From the human T2T-CHM13v2.0 reference genome, Homo sapiens: DNA of 64,000 nt. The position numbers were made by a program, and so were the translations under genes. Each line of letters begins with the position of its first letter. Within the stretch, counting starts at the first letter, position 1. This document shows positions 52,289 to 64,000 of this stretch, piece by piece. The stretch is from the NCBI RefSeq assembly GCF_009914755.1, contig NC_060926.1, one strand, 5' to 3'. A model generated the notes under the pieces. It ran no database searches and was not told the origin of the DNA. It saw nothing but the letters and a program-made list of their open reading frames with translations.

Positions 52289-52712
52289 TGTGGCAGGCCA
52301 GATCGCCACAAGCAGCCAAGTCTCCATAAACCTTTTGCTGTAATGATGAATGTACAAGTCAAACATTAAAGAACTGGAGAAACTGGTTCCTGAATACCAG
52401 GGCTGGAACACAAAAACAAACCATTAAAACCGCACCTGGAATTTCTCACCCTTGTTCATCCAGGAACAAATCTAAGAAACTTTCCTACCCTAGACAACTA
52501 GTTTAGATTAGATAAGATTAGATGCACACAGGCATAAAGCTTGAATTGTATATATAAGCTAAGGAAAAAACTTGCAGATTTGAGTTGGTCTGGCGAGTTA
52601 CTCCTTCTCCCTGTAACCAGCTGTAGCAATAAACTCCCTTCTTTCTCAGTCTGTCTGCATCTCACTGTTGGACCACAAGAACACGCAGCCAGACTTCATT
52701 TGTCTGGGAACA
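52289..52712 (+). mobile_element. LTR47-like solo LTR
   Basis: TGTGGCAGGCCAG...TATATAAGC...GAGTTGGTCTGG...CAATAAACTCCCTTC...GGGAACA; flanking CAAT/CAAT. Confidence 0.7.
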
Positions 52713-53256
52713 CAATGACTAAGACTTAGCTTATTCTGCAATGGAGGAAATAAATTGAAACATTAGATAAAGAACATTTTAATTGTTTTTAAAATATTTT
52801 TAATTTTTTAAAATTAATTTTATCTTAAAATTTTTTTCATAGATGTTCTGCAAATCTCAGACCTATCTGAAAAAATATTTTAATTCTGAATTATGGAACA
52901 CAGGTTTCTCACTCTCTTGTCTATATCAAGAAGCAACCTTATCCAACCATCAACTTACATGTGAAAGCTGGAGCTTTGTCTCCTAAGTGCCTGAAATTTC
53001 AAGAATTTCTTCCATTTTAGAGTTTTTTTATCCATAAGTTTTTAAAAATTCAACATTTCTGAAACACGTAATACTATCACTCCAACATTTTAGTGTGTGT
53101 GAAGGTAATAAATTGCTTTCTTCATGGCAGGTAATCAAAACCAAAAGCAACAAGAAATATTTCAGAATGTTGGATGTCTATAGAGGAGAGAGGGGTAGAA
53201 AGAAAACAGAATCAAGACATTCACTGTTTAAGTCTATGAAAAAAATTGAAGGACTG

Positions 53257-53638
53257 TGATATGGTTTTGTTCTGTGTCCCCACCCAAATCTCTTGTCAAA
53301 TTGTAATTTCCCGATTGTTGGAGGAGGGGCTTGTGGGAGGTGATTGAAACGTGGGGGCAAACTTCCCCCTTCTGTTTGCGACATAGAGTTCCCATGAGAT
53401 CTGGTTGTTTGGACATGTGTAGCACCTCCTCTTTCTCTCTCTCTTCTAACCTGCTCTGGCCATGTAGGATGTGCCATAGTCCTCTTCACCTTAGGCCATG
53501 ATTGTAAATTTCCTGTGGCCTCCCTAGTCATGCTTCCTGTACAGCCTGTGGAATTGTGACTCAATTAAACCTCTTTTTTTAAATACATTAACCAGTCTCA
53601 GGTAGTTCTTTACAGCAATTCAAAAACAAACTAATACA
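53257..53638 (+). mobile_element. MSTA/B MaLR LTR
   Basis: TGATATGGTTTTGTTCTGTGTCCCCACCCAAATCTC...CAATTAAACCTCTT...CTAATACA. Confidence 0.9.
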
Positions 53639-54579
53639 GAAAGTTCCACAAGAAGGTTATTCTTCCTTATTTACATGAACATATTTCTAGACCTTGATGC
53701 TTATCCAGGATTTAAAGATCTAGGGACAAATACAAAGAAACTTTTAGGGCTAATTTAAAGTCCTAAGGAGGGGATTAAGAGCCTATTATCTGAAGGTATC
53801 TCTTTTATCCTGTTGGTACATATTCCCTATTGCATTTTGCAGACCAGGGAAACATTAAATATCTAAAATCCTAACCCTGGTAGGCAAGAACCTATTTCAT
53901 TGTAGAGGGTAGAGCTGAGATCCATGTTGTAATTAACTGAGGGTTTTCATAGAATCTCAGAGGCACAAGTTGATACTTAGTAAATAGTCCATGTAGAGTT
54001 TGTGTATCCTTTTACTAGGTAAAGGATTTGTAATATTCTCTGCAATTTTTATTTTTTTCCCCAAGCCATTCATTTGCTGAGAGCAATAATCTTTGTGTGG
54101 CTTGATTTAACTCTGTATATTCTATTGTCAGTAGCTTGAGGTATTTGGGTACATTCTTTTAGATGCACACATTTGCATGAAAATTGTATTAACCACTAGT
54201 CATTGCACACATTTGAAATAAAATGAAACTCAAAAAAGCAAAAAATAAAATGACTTTATTTCTTATATGAAGGAAAATGGCATCCTCTAAAATGTTTATA
54301 TGGTTTTGTGGCCTTCTTTCTAGCTATAAGAACACACTATAATTTATTTCTCAAGCAAGTAACACACATCTGTATACATTTTAGCATAAGAAAGTGAATG
54401 AATTAAGTATATATAGTATGAATGCATGTTAGCATTAAAGCGTCACCTGTGGTCTGTGGTCTTGAATTTAAAGTGAGATCAATCAATGTGGTTGTTGTTT
54501 TTCCCATGTACTGAAGTTGTCTGGGTTCAAGAGTGAAAAATAAAACCTAGATTTAATCAGGATTGTGGTTTTGTTGAGA

Positions 54580-55000
54580 AAGATAAATTGATTGGCCAGG
54601 GAAGGAGTTCAAGACACATAATGGAGTGACTAATACTGATTTTGAGCTTGGATTTTGAGCTGAATAAGGAAGAAATTGAAGACAGCAAGGATCTGAGGGA
54701 CTATGAACATAGTTCAGATAGAGTCTTGGATTGTTGGTTTTGAGATCCTAGAAGGGGAAAACTGAAAAGCCAGAGATGCTTTTCACATTATTGAATGTAT
54801 AAAATGAAAATAATGACTGGATTGGTAATACTGGTAATAACAAGTGCAGGCTATGTTGTAGGTAGAATGGAGGATATAATCATTGGAAGAGATGAGATTA
54901 AGGATATGAGAAGCAGGAACATTTGAAGTATTATTAATGTATAAATTAAAATTACCAAGAATTCAGATGATAATAGTATTGTGAGCTATTGGGTATGTGC
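54580..55000 (-). mobile_element. L2 internal fragment
   Basis: GGATATAATCATTGGAAGAGATGAG...TAAATTAAAATTACCAAGAAT resembles antisense L2 ORF2. Confidence 0.45.
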
Positions 55001-55199
55001 TTAAATAATGCAAAATGTCCCGGTTGCCATTATTTGACAGCAACCTTGAGGAGGGTGTGGCATATAAGAAGCCAATTAAACGAGTCTCTTGTAAAATGGA
55101 GAGTAAAAGCTTATGCCAAACATTGTTTGGTAAGATAAAGACCAAAAGTGTTCTTCCACCTAGCCTGTGAATGGTTTGATCTTTCTCCTTCCTAATATG

Positions 55200-55465
55200 A
55201 GTGTTTAAATATGTCATCCTCAGACATCTTCCCTAATCACCCTGTTTAAAAAGAACCTCTCTTAATTTATCTCATTTTTATCCATCATCATTGTGATAAA
55301 AATTTATTACTTTTTCATTGACTTACTTAAGTGTCTTCTGGCCCATTAGACTATTGCAAAAAAGAAAGAAATATTCCTGTTGTGTTTTGTAAAGCAGTAT
55401 TTTTCATGTAGCTGATGAGGTACATAAAATAGCCACCAAATATTTGTTGAGGAAATGAATGATGA
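55200..55465 (+). mobile_element. L2a 3' end
   Basis: AAATATGTCATCCTCAGA..CTTCCCTAATCACCCT...CATTAGACT...AAATATTTGTTGAGGAAATGAATGA. Confidence 0.65.
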
Positions 55466-56536
55466 TTGCTTTTTCAGATTCTTCAGCGTGTCCTTAGTTT
55501 TGAAGCAGATTAAATGTTTATCCTTATAGAGATATAAGTTATTAAATCTTGCAACTGGAATAATAGAAAATCACATTTTAGTTGTTTCCATTTTACATAG
55601 CAGCTTTCTGTTTTACCCTAGCACTAATCTCCTAAATTCTTACTCTGAAGAGAAGACAGCTGTAGGAATACAAAAACAAGACACTTCTTGGATAATGGAC
55701 TTCTAATTCAATATAATGGCCAGAAATTGTACTATCAATATTGCTAACATATTGCCATGGAAGATTTTATTTTAGATACAGGGAGAAAACTGGAGTTGAC
55801 AAAATCCAGAAATGATAAAAACACATGCCAAACATTGTAGGAGAATTTTAATGAATATGTATAATCTTTTATCTAGATTTTATAAATGGAGAAGCCAAGG
55901 TTCTGAGAATTAGATTAAGAGACTTAGCCACTGGCACTCATTAAATTGTAGGTTGAATATTTGAATAAAAAGTGTCTTGTTCATCTCTTCCCCACCTCTT
56001 ACCCACCCCCAAGGAACACAACTGGTCTATCTTCACACAGAGGATGAAGATCTGTTATGTTAAGTAGCTAGAACACAGTATTTAAGAATTATGGTGGCAG
56101 ATGGCTAGTAACTTCATAGGTGAGTGGTTAACGTGAATGTAGCACAGAAAGTTGCATATTCGTGCATCCTGAAAAAGCAACTGAACAAAAGTATATGCTT
56201 AAGCATGTACTTTACTTTAACTCCTGTATAGATACAAGGGCTTCATCAGTGATGTCTGATACCAGAAAGCAGGGTCTCAGTCAGTCATAGCCTGGAGATC
56301 AAGAACAAGACTTTGCTCTCTCTAGGATACAGTATAAAGGAGGAACAAAAATAATGTGTCTCTATTTCTAGAGCAGATTGTAAAAGAGGTCAGGAGAATC
56401 AGATAAGGAACAAGGCAAGCATAAAGCTTTTAAAACAAAATTAGGTCCTCAATATGAGAGAACTGGAACCAAAGGTCAGAGTTTACAGTGAGCCCCTTCT
56501 TCTCCAACATGGTCTCTGCTTTAAAATCAGTATTAC

Positions 56537-56810
56537 GGGCATGGTGAGGTGGCTCACACCGGTAATCCCATCACTCTGGGAGGCCAAGACAGGCAGATCA
56601 CATGAGGCCAGGAGTTCTAGACCAGCCTGGACAACATGGTAAAACCCCATCGCTATTCAAAATACAATAAAATTAGCCAGGTGTGATGTCTGGCTAATTC
56701 TCAGGTGCCTGAGGCATGAGAATTACTTGAACCTGGAAGGTGGAGGCTTCAGTGAGCTGAGATTGCTCAGCCTGGATGAGAGAGACACCCTGTCTCTAAA
56801 CAAATAAATA
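56537..56810 (+). mobile_element. Alu (old, Jb/Sz-like) with internal rearrangements
   Basis: GGCTCACACCGGTAATCCCA...GAGGCCAGGAG; TSD AAATCAGTAT. Confidence 0.9.
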
Positions 56811-56814
56811 AATC

Positions 56815-57380
<566 letters not shown>

Positions 57381-58559
57381 AAATTAAATAAATAAATAAC
57401 TCAATCATGTTGGACAAAGGCAAAAAATAGTTTCTCAGCTTAGGAAGAGTTTGAAACTCAAAGTACTGCATATATGAGCTTTGATACTGTATTTAACTCC
57501 TGTATTGAAATTTGGTGTTTCAGGGACCCCAGAGCAAGTTCATTGGTTTAAATAATTTGGAGTGAAAAAAAGAAAAAAAGAAAGTATTATTTGGGATACT
57601 TAATGTTACCCCCAAAATAATTATGTGATTATCTGTGCCACTTGGCTACCACGAAGCAGTGAAATGGCCTCCAAGAATGTAAAATATTTAATCAAGAGAC
57701 TACCCAGGACAACTCAAATGGCTAAAAAGTCAGAGAAAAAAATCTTGCTTTGAGCGTAAGGGAATTGAGGAGCTAAAGGCAGTTCAATTTATCTAGGCTA
57801 GTGTTGATACCTTCATTTAAAGCTCTCTACAGGTTATAAACATGTATGTGGAGACTGTTCATTAAATGAAAAGATAAATAGATGCTGTGGGAATGCATAA
57901 AAATCTCAGATTACTTGAATAAGAAGGGAGCAGTATTATGTTAATTCTATTAAGAGAGGCAAAATTTTAAACGAAACTACTAAGAATTAGATGAAGGCAT
58001 GCTGTGTAAGTGGGAAGTAAATGAACAGCTGCAAATTTTTCAATAAAAGGGGAAAGAATAAATGTCCCTCTTAGTATGGGAATTTGTCTGATTACAAGCC
58101 TAACCAACCATATCAAAGTAACACCCATGCTTGGATAAAAGATAACTGTGTCAAATCAAACTCAACACAGAAGTCACAGAGAGGTCCTGAAGTGCTCTCT
58201 TCAAATGGCCTGCATTTCTAAAATTTATAGACTCATTACTTTTGCAAGTCTCCTTCTGACCTCATTATTTAGCTCCCATGCTTGCTATCTGATTCAGTGC
58301 ATACTTATATTGCTTGGCTCAAACTAACTTTATGTCCCAAGTTTAAATTTCTCCTGGAGAGAATATTATCCCAGTCCAGAGGCAGTAACATTTCCTCCCA
58401 TACTTTAGCAGGAAGCAATATTCAGGCATAGGCAGACAGGTGTATTTTTCTTAAGGTTCCCATTTGTAACCCTCTTGATAATCATGTCAGAGGGTTTTGA
58501 TAAGCTTGACTAATGTAGCATGATCACCCAGGCTGGACAAGAAACATAGTAATAGGACA

Positions 58560-59738
58560 GAGACATTCTGAGGAGACACCTGATGGGGTCCTAATAGTAA
58601 ACCCAGTAGAAATGGAGTCAGTTCTAAGAAATTATTCCCTTACTTCACACCATTTCCTAAAGCCATTTGCATGTGGCCTATAGATTTAAACATAACACAT
58701 TAAGAACTCTAGAAGAAAAAAACGGGATACTATTTTATGACCTTATAAGTTGGTGCAGATTTCTTAAATAGGCCATAATAATCACTAATGAAAAATGAAA
58801 AGATGGATAAAATGGAGTTAATTCATCAAAACATCTCATTAAAATGAAGTAAAGGAAATCCACAGAATAGAAAAAATATTTGTAATATGTGTATCCATAA
58901 AAGACTCATATGCAGAATAAGTCCTACTGTAATTACTCAAGAAAAAGATTAAATAAAATATTGACAAAATCAGGCACTTCATTAGAGGATATGGAAAATT
59001 TACATCTGGAAAGGCATTTTACCTTATTAGTCATCAGAGAACTGTGAATAAAATTATAATGTGATTCTACTACATACCCATTGAAATAACTAAAATAAAA
59101 TGAAAAAGACAATTTTACGTGTCTGTGAGGATTAGGAGCAACTGGAACTCTCCTACAGGGAATGTTTAATGCAACAGTTTGGAAAATTGTTAAGCAGTAT
59201 CTGTTAAAGCTGCACATTCCAGCTATTCTAGTCCTAGGCATAATCTTTAGCAAAATGCATATATGAAGTTTATTAAAAGACACATATAATAATGTGCACA
59301 GTAATATTACTCATAACTACCCACATATCCATCAACAGTAATATGAACAAATGCATGGTGATATAGTCACAAAGAATATGCAATGGTAAAAATAAATACA
59401 TTACTTCAACAGACAATGTGTTTAACTGTCACAAATATTGAGCAAAACAAAAGAGTGATGGGGAAGAGCTCATGTTTCTTGATGTCATTTTTGGTGTGTA
59501 AAAAGCAGAAAACACTAATCTGTGATGACAGAGATAAGGAAACCAAGCATAGTAGTTCCCCTTGGCAAGAGAAAAATTGGGGGATTCTAGGGTGCTGGTA
59601 GTGTTCCATTTCATTTGTTATTTGATCTGGGAGGAGGTAATGAGGGTTGTTCACTTTATAAAAATTAACCAAACTTTCCACTTATGATTTGTGAACTTTT
59701 CTATATGTATAATATATTTTAATAAAGAAAGTTTAAAA
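58560..59738 (+). mobile_element. L1M (L1MC/ME) ORF2 3' end and 3' UTR
   Basis: CCTTACTTCACACCAT...TAGATTTAAAC...CTAGAAGAAAA...AGCAACTGGAACTCTC...TTTGGAAAA...CATCAACAGTA...AATAAAGAAAGTTTAAAA. Confidence 0.8.
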
Positions 59739-60383
59739 GGTATAAATCATGAATTCCTACATGTTCAAAAGAGTGAAGGTCATTTAATGGTAATCTAGTA
59801 TCATGTATTTAAGCCAGTTTCCCTGGCTTAAATTTTGTCAATCTTTGTCAATTTAAAATTTTGTCAATATTTTATTTAATCTTTTTCTTATTGAGTAATT
59901 ACAGTAGGACTTATTCTGCATATGAGTCTTTTATGGATATACATATTACGAATATTTTTTCTATTCTGTGGATTTCCTTTACTTCATTTTAATGAGATGT
60001 TTTGATCTATCTCATCAGTTTGCCTTGGCCATTCCAATGGAATTTAATAATTTAAGTCAATTTCACTTACATTGTTTTTCCATCCATGGTCCTTTAATTA
60101 ATTGTTGAGTCATAGTAGTAATCTAGTCCACTAGTTGGCCACATGTCGTGAGCCAAGTCACTTCATATCTTAAGATCTTACTTCTCTTATTTGTAAAATG
60201 AGAATTTGGACTACAACAATAATAGTTTAATATAATAGAAATTCAAAGAATACAATCAATATTTTGGAATTCAAATCTCGGCTTGCACCTCTACATAGTT
60301 ATATGGGTAAATTAGGTAAATTTTCCATGCCTCACCTCCTTCCTCTGTAATAAGAAGCTAACTCAACAGATATATCTTTGTAT

Positions 60384-60414
60384 GTTTGTGTGTGTGTGTG
60401 TGTCTGTGTGTGTG
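60384..60414. repeat. Imperfect (TG)n
   Basis: Direct reading. Confidence 0.8.
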
Positions 60415-60619
60415 AAGAAATTACAGTTACTTGTATTAGCATGCATTTGATATCCATTCAAAGGTAATTTTGAAAATATATAACATTTTCTTCCACCCTC
60501 ATTCTGAATTCTGTTCCTATAATTCAGTGGCTTTTTCTTTTAATTATTTTTTTTTCTTAAAATTTCAGGAAAGTGGTTCATATCCATTTAAAAAATAATA
60601 AATAGCTGTTTAAAAGATT

Positions 60620-61320
60620 TTTTTAGTTTTTTTATTTAAAATTATTTTAAGCTTACATTAAAGGTAAAACTATAAGGATAATACAAAACAAGTGTGTCCT
60701 TTATTCAATTTCATATATGTATTTTTTATTGACTATTTGATAATAAGTTGCATATATCAGGACCCTTTACCAATAAAAACCGCTATGTTTATTTCCTATA
60801 AAAAGGCTATTATCTTATATAATCACAGTTTTCATGAAGTAAATTTAACATTCATTTGACATTTTAACTAGTTTACCATCCTTATTCCACTTTCTTCAAT
60901 TGACACTATAATATCCTTTATAACATTTTTAAATTCTCCAGTAGGGAATCTAGTCAAAGTTCAAATATTAAATTTACTTGTCATGTCTCTTGAATCTTTA
61001 CGTAATGTCAAGTATCACCACAGCCTTTCACTGAAGATCTTGAAGGATATAGTAAATCATTATTATTATTATTTTACTCAGTTTCTTCTCATCTAATTTA
61101 GCTAATAATTCCTCATTATTAGATTTCGGTTGTGAATTTCAAGCCAGAACACTGCATCAATAATGTTGTATTTTTCTCAGCGTATTCTAAGAGCAAATAG
61201 TAAACATTTGTTCCTCATTGATGTTAATCTTGATCACCTGTGCAAGATGATGTATGTCACTCCACTTTACAGTTATTATTTTTCCATTATAACTAATAAA
61301 TAATCTGTGGGGAGACAATA
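60620..61320 (-). mobile_element. L1MC4/5-like 3' region
   Basis: GATGTTAATCTTGATCACCTG...CTCCACTTTACAGTT...AATAAATAATCTGTGGGGAGA. Confidence 0.6.
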
Positions 61321-61527
61321 ATGGCTACCTCTTGATTGGTCATAACAAAGTGGTTAAGAAACTCTACTGCTTTGCTACATTAAATAAAATGCACATGCTC
61401 AAAATAGCTCCATAATGTCTAAATCAGTTTTAGCACAGGCACTCTAGAACTATAAATCTGAACATAAATCTCAAGGCCTCCCACTCCACTAGTAGAGCTA
61501 TTGGACATTGAGAAAAGGGTACACACA

Positions 61528-61893
61528 TGCTATGGTTTGAATGTTTACATCCCCCCAAAATTCATATGTCAAAATCCTCACCTCTAAGGTAATGGTAGTA
61601 GAGGTGGGCCTTATGGAGGTGATTAAGTTATGAGGACAGGGCTCTCATGCATGGGATTAGTGCCCTTATGATATAGGCTCAAGTGAGACCCTTTCTGTCT
61701 TCCATCAGGTGAGGTTGAAGAGAGAAGAGGGCTGTCTACAAGAAAGTGAGTCCTCACTGGACACCAACTCTGCTGATGTTTTCATCTAGATATATTGATC
61801 CCAGCCTCCAAAACTGTGAAAAGTAAATTGTTGTTGTTGATAAGTCACCCAGCCTATGGTGTTTTGTTGTAGCAGTCCAGATGCACTAAGACA
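61528..61893 (+). mobile_element. MLT1A0 MaLR LTR
   Basis: TGCTATGGTTTGAATGTTT..CCCCCCAAAATTCATATG...CACTAAGACA; TSD ACACA/ACATA. Confidence 0.85.
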
Positions 61894-62072
61894 ACATATC
61901 TGTGTGATTTAAGTTTGAGAAATGCTGTTATGGGTGGAAGCAAGATTATGTAAGTTTTGCTCATAAATCACAAGCACAGTTTATCTGAGAATGCAAACAC
62001 TGTGTAATGTTGCAGGACAAACTGGATTTTATATTTCTTCAGTGATGTTACCTAATCAAGAATTAATAATTA

Positions 62073-62433
62073 TGACATGGTTTGGCTGTGTGTCCCCATC
62101 CAACTCTCACCTTGAATTGTAATAATCCCCATGTGTCATGGGAGGGACTTCATGGGAGGTAACTGAGTAATGGGGGTGGGTTTTTCCCATGCTGTTCTCA
62201 TGACAGTGAATAAGTGTCATGAGCTCTGATGGTTTTATAAATGGGAGTTCCCCTGCACAAACTCTCTTGCCTGTTGCCATGTAAGATGTGCCTTTGCTGT
62301 TCTTTCACCTTCCACCATGATTGTGAGGCCTCCCCAGCCATGTGGAACTGTGAATCCATTAAACCTCTTTTTCTTTATAAATTACCCAGTCTCAGGTATG
62401 TCTTTATTAGCAGTGTGAGAATGAACTAATACA
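62073..62433 (+). mobile_element. THE1 (C-like) MaLR LTR
   Basis: TGACATGGTTTGGCTGTG...GAATTGTAATAATCCCC...GAGGCCTCCCCAGCCATGTGGAACTGTG...CTAATACA; TSD AATTA/AACTA. Confidence 0.9.
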
Positions 62434-63012
62434 AACTACTATACAAGTACAAGATACTTGCCCAACAGGTAAAAAATTTTGTTTGTTTAGGAATTTCCAT
62501 ATTTCTATTATCATTCCAATTCAACTTAAAACTTTGTCTCAGAGTTTTTCCATTATCACACAGATGTTTAACAATGAATCACAAGAAGAACTGAATCAAT
62601 TAAGGATGTTATTCTAAGTTATGCTCTTGACTAACTGAACACATCTCAGTCCATTAGAGATAAAAATGCAATACATATATTAGGCTTCTGAATTCTACAG
62701 GGTATAGCTCTATATTTAGATTAGGCCAAAATATATATGAGTGTTATAATATGTCTATGACATTTGTGAGTTCAGAGGAGGTTTTCTCACTTACAAATGC
62801 CTAACTGGACCCCATTTAAATATAAAGAACAATTCAATTTATTAATTCTGACGTAAGATATGTAGATGGAAAAAATCAACCTATGTTTGACTTTCAAAAA
62901 CATCAACTAGTGGTAAAAATAATCAAGCTGATATGTATTGAAGGTGTATGTTGATGAGGTATTTCACTGAGGCTTGTTCAAATATTTTAAATTTGACATT
63001 ACCAATGACCAC

Positions 63013-63312
<300 letters not shown>

Positions 63313-63407
63313 TGACCACTTCTAAAACATATAAAAGTGAGTTTATCCAAAAATCCAGAAATGATTTCTTCAAGTTTTGCTAAAGTCACATATCTATTTG
63401 TTCAAGT

Positions 63408-63552
63408 TCTTCCCTTCCTGCCTTCCTTTCTTCCTTCTTTACTTTATTTTCTTCTTTTTTCTCTCTCCCCCTTTCTTCAACCCTCTTCTTCTCCCTCCCT
63501 TCTTCTTCTTTCCTTCCTTTCCTCTCTTCTCTTCCTTCTTTCCTTCCTTCCA
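63408..63552. repeat. (CCTT/CTT)n polypyrimidine tract
   Basis: Direct reading. Confidence 0.85.
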
Positions 63553-64000
63553 TTTTGGCTTCCTTATATAGGTAATTAAGTGAATTACATAGGGTGTTGA
63601 TATGTAAAATTTACTCTGCTAATACTTTCATACCTTTAAAGAAATCCTTTTTACCATAATTGCAACAAATTCGATGACATAAAAAAGTCATTGCAACTGC
63701 TGAAAGACAAAGGCAGGGGCCAAGGACATGGAATGGAAATCTAGACTGCTTGTTTGTGTTCACTGAATAACTTGAAACAGTTTTAAAATAAGTGTGAAGT
63801 TGCCTTTTGTGGAATCAAATGATAATATTCAAATACATCCCACAGACTTGTTCAGTCTATGATTTTACATTATTTCTGTTATGTCCGGTGCCTACAATGA
63901 ATCAAAAGAAGCCAAAGATACAGATTCCTTCATGGAAAGAAAGATGTAAGACCTCCTTTGTGTAGATTTAAAGTAGACTCACAGGATATTGAACCTCAAA

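Overview
AT-rich, CpG-poor primate (probably human/hominoid; AluY, AluS, THE1 and MER41 are present) non-coding DNA, intergenic or deep intronic. I found no intact protein-coding exon, RNA gene or CRISPR array. The short ORFs in the track come from Alu, LTR and low-complexity sequence or are chance ORFs. The window is mostly nested transposon fossils. Highlights: (1) a very old, heavily degraded but nearly complete class I (gammaretrovirus-like, ERV1) provirus at about 16.7-26.1 kb (+), with 5' LTR, protease, RT, RNase H, integrase, env TM (ISD-like motif and membrane anchor), PPT and 3' LTR, interrupted by at least six younger elements; (2) a second ERV1 gag-pol fossil at about 0.56-3.55 kb (-) with a degenerate tRNA-Gln primer-binding site; (3) a two-LTR non-autonomous MER41A element at 41.7-44.9 kb; (4) a CpG-rich tandem array of 22-bp perfect palindromes at 47.39-47.63 kb; (5) several short fold-back (inverted-duplication) structures. 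Repeat subfamily names come from my recollection of consensus sequences, not from a database search, and boundaries of old elements are approximate.
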